Assembly (NCBI GenBank): GCA_013151335.1
Contig: JAADIJ010000042.1
Location: forward strand, 6,480 to 70,479
Origin: Alphaproteobacteria bacterium
GTDB lineage: Bacteria > Pseudomonadota > Alphaproteobacteria > Rhodobacterales > Rhodobacteraceae
Direction: 5' to 3'
DNA: 64,000 nucleotides
Of the stretch, positions 60,344 through 64,000 are shown in pieces. The position numbers and the translations under genes were made by a program. Under the pieces are notes generated by a model. That model made no database searches. It was given only the letters and a program-made list of their open reading frames with translations, and had not been told where the DNA came from. Numbering within the stretch: the first letter of the stretch is position 1; every line of letters starts with the position of its first letter.

Positions 60344-60964
60344 TCAGGGGCTTTCAGTTCGGCAGGTCAGCATCCCGTGAAACACGAAATCCAGATTGGC
60401 CTTCAGCCAGCGGCGGCGATAATCTCGGTCGGTTAACACATTGTGACCGCTGGTTTTTTCGATCCATGAGGCAAACAGGATCTGGTTGCCAAGCCGATCC
60501 AGAACGAAGCCGGTCAGCATCTCTATATCCAAGGCTTCGCGCACGAACCCTGCCTGCTTTGCTGCCTCGATATAGCGCACGAACTGGGTGGTATAAGAGG
60601 TGAAAACCTCAAAAATCATTTTTTCGCGCACGGCCATCTCGTAAAGACGGCGATGGGAGACCAGCGCTTCGAACGTCTCTTCAAAGAAGATCTCAAGCCG
60701 CGAAATCAGGTTTTGCCGACTTTCGGCAGGGGCTGAAATAATACGCATCGGCACTTGCCAAACATCTTCGGTAAAGCCGGACATGATCTCGTCAAACAGC
60801 CCCTGTTTGTTGCCAAAATAATGGTGAACCATATTGCCGCCAACATCGGCGAGCCCGCAAATTTCGCGCACGGTGGCCGCAGCAAAGCCGTGCTGCGAAA
60901 ACAGGGCGGTCCCGGCTTCTATCAGGCGGTCTCGCGGCAATATCGATTTTTGCGGCTGCTCCAA
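60344..60964 (-). CDS. TetR family transcriptional regulator
   Basis: N-terminal HTH RDRLIEAGTALFSQHGFAAATVREICGLADVGGNMVHHYFGNKQGL. Non-ATG start (TTG 60964 or 60940). Confidence 0.85.
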   Translation of the reverse strand: MEQPQKSILPRDRLIEAGTALFSQHGFAAATVREICGLADVGGNMVHHYFGNKQGLFDEIMSGFTEDVWQVPMRIISAPAESRQNLISRLEIFFEETFEALVSHRRLYEMAVREKMIFEVFTSYTTQFVRYIEAAKQAGFVREALDIEMLTGFVLDRLGNQILFASWIEKTSGHNVLTDRDYRRRWLKANLDFVFHGMLTCRTESP

Positions 60965-61078
60965 GGTCGGCCCCTGTCTGGCAATTTCAGTCTCTCTATC
61001 CGCGCAGCTTTTGCCGACTTAGGCAATATCCGCAGTGGGTTTTTTGGTGGGTTTTTGATAGAACGTACTTTACATATA

Positions 61079-61096
61079 ATATAACGACCGTTATAT
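61079..61096. promoter_or_regulatory. Candidate TetR operator: palindrome ATATAACG-AC-CGTTATAT
   Basis: 8-bp perfect arms with a 2-nt spacer, in the divergent tetR/MAPEG intergenic region. It ends 38 nt upstream of the MAPEG ATG. Confidence 0.4.
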
Positions 61097-61134
61097 GGCA
61101 ACAAATCATTTCCAACTACCAGAGGAGCCTCCCC

Positions 61135-61524
61135 ATGGCCTATACCACCGCACTTTACCTGTTCGCGCTTTTGACCCTGCTGATGTTGAACGTCGAGATT
61201 ATGTTCACCTATGCGACCCAGGGGTTCGGCTTCGGGTTTTCCTCAAATCGCAACCCGGCGGCAGAGTTTTCACCACTGGCCGTGCGCATCAAGCGCGCCT
61301 ATCAAAATCAGATCGAATCGGCGGCTTACGGCGTTCCGGTTTTGGCAGCGGCGGCGCTGACCGACCTGCAAAGCCCCAGCGCCGAGACCGCGGCCATGCT
61401 GTTCGTGCTGGGTCGCGCGCTGTTTACGGTGCTTTATTACACCGGCATTCCTATGGCTCGCCTGATCGGTTTTGGCATGGGAGCGCTGTCGATTTTTTAC
61501 ATCATCTATGCGCTTGCGATGTAA
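61135..61524 (+). CDS. MAPEG family membrane protein (membrane glutathione-transferase-like)
   Basis: 129 aa, about 4 TM segments, with a RAYQNQIESAAYGVP-type loop typical of bacterial MAPEG proteins. The overlapping ORF 61095..61541 in another frame is rejected. Confidence 0.75.
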   Translation: MAYTTALYLFALLTLLMLNVEIMFTYATQGFGFGFSSNRNPAAEFSPLAVRIKRAYQNQIESAAYGVPVLAAAALTDLQSPSAETAAMLFVLGRALFTVLYYTGIPMARLIGFGMGALSIFYIIYALAM

Positions 61525-61527
61525 GGG

Positions 61528-62724
61528 CTAGCCCCGTTTAATCGGCGCGCGAACCAGAATGGGCCAAAAGATGACGACGAAACTGCCGAAGGCCAGCAGC
61601 CAAAACCCTCCGGCTATGGAGATCAGCAAGTCGTGCGGCTCAAAAACTCCGGCAGCAAATCGGGTGAGGGTAGCTGCGATAATCGCGAAGTAAATCAACG
61701 AGATAGAGGGTGTTGCTGTTAAGGCACGCCCACTATGCCCAAGGCTCGCGCGGGTCATCATCGCCAGCGTCATCGTGCCGATCCCGCCAACCATCCACAC
61801 ATGCTGCGCCCCCGCCACGGCAAAAACGCCGGTGCTGAAATGGGCCAGACCGATCGACAAAAACCCAATGGCGGTGAAGCCAAAGCCGAAATGCAGTACC
61901 AGAACCAGCGGCTCGCGCCATGTTTTGTGACCCTGCCAACGGGCCAGACGCACCAGATTAAGCGCGCCTGCAAGCAGGTTAAGTTCAGCCGTCAGGGTGG
62001 CGGTAGGGGCGAAAATCCAACTGATTACCGCAACCCCCGCGCCAAGTAACGCAATCTGGTCAAACCGTCCCAAGCTGGCTGGCAATTTGGTCAGACCCTG
62101 TTTAACCATCCAGTTGCGCGTAAAGCTCGGCGTGACCCGCCCACCGATCAACAAGATCAGCATCACGGCGGCGCCAAGTCCGACCCGCAGGCCGATATCC
62201 TCGGCGGCATAGGCCCCCATGATGACCTCAAGATGATAGAGAATATTGCCGATCAGCAACAGGACCACCATCGCCACCACCATCAGATTGCGCCAATTGC
62301 GCCCGATGATGATCTCGCGCCCCAGCACAATCGCCAGACCCGCCAGAAACGCCGCGTCGGCCAGCGTGGTCACAACCGGCGGCAACCATGCCGACACCGC
62401 AACCGCCATGCGCCCCAACAGCCACAAGCCCGCCAACGTGGCCACCGGCCAGCCAACCACCGGCAAGCGTCCGGTCCAGTTTGGCACCGCTGTCAGCAAA
62501 AATCCGGCCATAACGGCAGTGAAATAGCCCCAAAGGAACTCATGCGCATGCCAAGACACCGGATCAAGCGCGCTTGGCAGGCTGACCGCTCCGGTCAGCG
62601 TCAGTATCCACAAAACCATCGCCAGCACGGCCCATAATCCCGCCATGAGGAAAAACAGCCGAAAGCCGTTTTTCAATATCACCGGCCCGGTCCATGCGCG
62701 CTGCTGTTGTGCTGTGGTTTTCAT
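61528..62724 (-). CDS. nnrS: NnrS family heme/copper membrane protein (NO-response regulon member)
   Basis: About 12 TM segments. N-terminus from ATG 62724: MKTTAQQQRAWTGPVILKNGFRLFFL, and conserved AHEFLWGY. The ORF-track start 62751 is GTG. Confidence 0.8.
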   Translation of the reverse strand: MKTTAQQQRAWTGPVILKNGFRLFFLMAGLWAVLAMVLWILTLTGAVSLPSALDPVSWHAHEFLWGYFTAVMAGFLLTAVPNWTGRLPVVGWPVATLAGLWLLGRMAVAVSAWLPPVVTTLADAAFLAGLAIVLGREIIIGRNWRNLMVVAMVVLLLIGNILYHLEVIMGAYAAEDIGLRVGLGAAVMLILLIGGRVTPSFTRNWMVKQGLTKLPASLGRFDQIALLGAGVAVISWIFAPTATLTAELNLLAGALNLVRLARWQGHKTWREPLVLVLHFGFGFTAIGFLSIGLAHFSTGVFAVAGAQHVWMVGGIGTMTLAMMTRASLGHSGRALTATPSISLIYFAIIAATLTRFAAGVFEPHDLLISIAGGFWLLAFGSFVVIFWPILVRAPIKRG

Positions 62725-62877
62725 CTTGAAATGTCCCAAACTCGCAGACACCCCGATTGGTCGACTGCGCTACCCACCAGATAACACACCGCGTGGTGGT
62801 GGCAATATCCAGCGTGGGAACCCGTGACGTAAAGCCAGTTCTGGTTCGCAAGTTTTTCGATGAGAAGAGCAGAGGGG

Positions 62878-62999
62878 CGCGCTGAACCTTGGGGTGGCGC
62901 TTTGCGACGGCAATGGGCTTCGGGACAGAGTTACATGCTGAACCATGGTGATTTTTCGCAACCTCGCATCGCGCCTCCCCGGGGGGAAGGTTCAGCGCG
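62878..62999. repeat. 13-bp perfect inverted repeat CGCGCTGAACCTT / AAGGTTCAGCGCG enclosing 96 nt
   Basis: Arms at 62878-62890 and 62987-62999. A third partial copy, GCTGAACC, lies at 62937-62944. A 6-bp hairpin CCCGGC-ctatca-GCCGGG follows at 63001-63018. It sits in the 552-bp nnrS/tnaA-like intergenic region. Confidence 0.8.
62948..62961. promoter_or_regulatory. FNR/NnrR-type box-like sequence (minus strand TTGCG-AAAA-ATCAC)
   Basis: One half matches the NnrR half-site TTGCG exactly. The other matches the FNR half-site ATCAA at 4/5. It is ~230 nt upstream of the nnrS ATG, which is far for a class II site. Confidence 0.25.
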
Positions 63000-63276
63000 G
63001 CCCGGCCTATCAGCCGGGCGGTATGGTTTGAGAGGAGATGCGCTTATCGCTGAAACCTGCGGTAATCTTTTGACCATAACGGCGCGGCCATAGGAAGGCA
63101 AAACCCCCGACATCTTCGCCGATTTCCCATTGACTCCGGCCGCGCATCCGCTCAAAAATCCGCCCGCAACCATTGGGCGCTGAGCGCGGCATGCAGAAAT
63201 TGCAGCAACCGCGGCGCAGGCCCCTTTTGTGTTTAAGGTTGCCACATATTTTGGGGCCGATATCAGGAGAGCCCCG

Positions 63277-64000
63277 ATGAAAACCATCATAGAACCATTT
63301 CGTATCAAGGCTGTAGAGCCGATTCGCATGACCACTCGCACTGAGCGTGTGACCAAGCTGGCAGCGGCACATCACAACCTTTTCACGCTCAATTCCCAAG
63401 ACGTTCTGATTGATTTGCTGACCGACAGCGGCACTGGCGCCATGAGCGCCGAGCAATGGGCCGCGATCATGCGCGGCGACGAAAGCTATGCCGGCTCGCC
63501 GTCATTTGCGCGGTTTTGCGACGCAATCCAGAACCTGATGCCGTTTGACCATATCATCCCCACCCACCAGGGCCGCGCCGCCGAGGCGATCTTGTTCTCG
63601 ATCATGGGCGGTGTGGGGCGCAACATCCCCTCCAACACCCATTTTGACACCACGCGCGGCAATATCGAGGCCAGTGGGGCGATGGCGCATGACCTCGTGA
63701 TCGACGAGGGCAAAGACCCGGCATCCGAGCATCCTTTTAAGGGAAACATGGACCTCGCGCAGCTTGAAACCTATCTGACTAAGCATGGCGACAGTGTGCC
63801 TTGCGTGATGATTACCATCACCAATAACGCTGGCGGTGGCCAACCCGTCAGCCTTGAAAATATCCGCGCGGTGGCGCAGGTCGCCCATAACCACAGCCGC
63901 CCGTTTTTCATCGACGGCTGCCGTTTTGCCGAGAATGCGTGGTTCATCAAACAGCGCGAGCCGGGCCAGCAAGACCGCTCGATCGAGGATATTGTGCGCG
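63277..64000 (+). CDS. Tryptophanase-like beta-eliminating lyase (TnaA/TPL family); runs off window
   Basis: Not in the ORF track because it is open to the window end. My translation from ATG 63277 (RBS AGGAGA at 63265-63270): MKTIIEPFRIKAVEPIRMTTRTER...VLIDLLTDSGTGAMS...IIPTHQGRAAE...HFDTTRGN...ITNNAGGGQPVSLENIRAV...DGCRFAENAWFIKQRE. FDTTRG and RFAENAWFIKQRE look closer to tryptophanase than to tyrosine phenol-lyase. Confidence 0.85.
   Translation, partial: MKTIIEPFRIKAVEPIRMTTRTERVTKLAAAHHNLFTLNSQDVLIDLLTDSGTGAMSAEQWAAIMRGDESYAGSPSFARFCDAIQNLMPFDHIIPTHQGRAAEAILFSIMGGVGRNIPSNTHFDTTRGNIEASGAMAHDLVIDEGKDPASEHPFKGNMDLAQLETYLTKHGDSVPCVMITITNNAGGGQPVSLENIRAVAQVAHNHSRPFFIDGCRFAENAWFIKQREPGQQDRSIEDIVR

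Noticed and set aside
61095-61541. 148-aa ORF overlapping the MAPEG gene in another frame
   Set aside because: The translation is Arg/Gly/His-rich and non-membrane-like. The +1-shifted 129-aa frame gives a coherent 4-TM MAPEG-like protein with an ATG preceded by GAGGAG.

Overview
Densely coding alphaproteobacterial chromosome segment (Rhodobacterales-like is inference only) that spans the replication origin. All homology calls come from motif recognition by eye; no database search was run.

Gene order, left to right:
- Partial MatB-like acyl-CoA ligase, then an RNase D-like exonuclease.
- kdsD-lptC-lptA-lptB-rpoN-hpf-ptsN.
- A ~9 kb minus-strand glycan locus: cysQ-kdsB-galU-galE-GT2-GT2-GT14-like-double sulfotransferase. 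A kpsM-like permease and a secreted SH3 protein diverge from it.
- dnaK-dnaJ; ribokinase and maeB; mutS; grpE-hrcA; rph-rdgB-hemW.
- parB-parA-rsmG-mnmG-mnmE-rho-hemJ, all on the minus strand.
- A 434-bp gap with an AT-only tract, DnaA boxes and a CtrA box, called oriC.
- maf-aroE-coaE-dnaQ, all on the plus strand.
- secB, fxsA, tim44-like, mltA, smr; a class-V aminotransferase with a divergent Lrp; hslVU.
- An unusual fucosyltransferase-like/TPR gene plus an alpha/beta-hydrolase-like gene.
- infB-ylxR-nusA-rimP with a terminator in its leader.
- An accessory-looking tail: lysR, tetR, MAPEG, nnrS, partial tryptophanase-like lyase.

Other points:
- Two perfect 16-nt parS palindromes lie inside coding sequence, one in rsmG and one on the mnmG start codon.
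- I saw no rRNA, tRNA, CRISPR array, transposase or integrase.
- Two real genes at the window edges are missing from the ORF track.
- About 15 ORF-track starts are over-extended, often on GTG or TTG codons. I re-called these.

The best candidates for undescribed biology are the predicted sulfated-glycan locus (7650-17727) and the GT-TPR/hydrolase pair (50178-53435).
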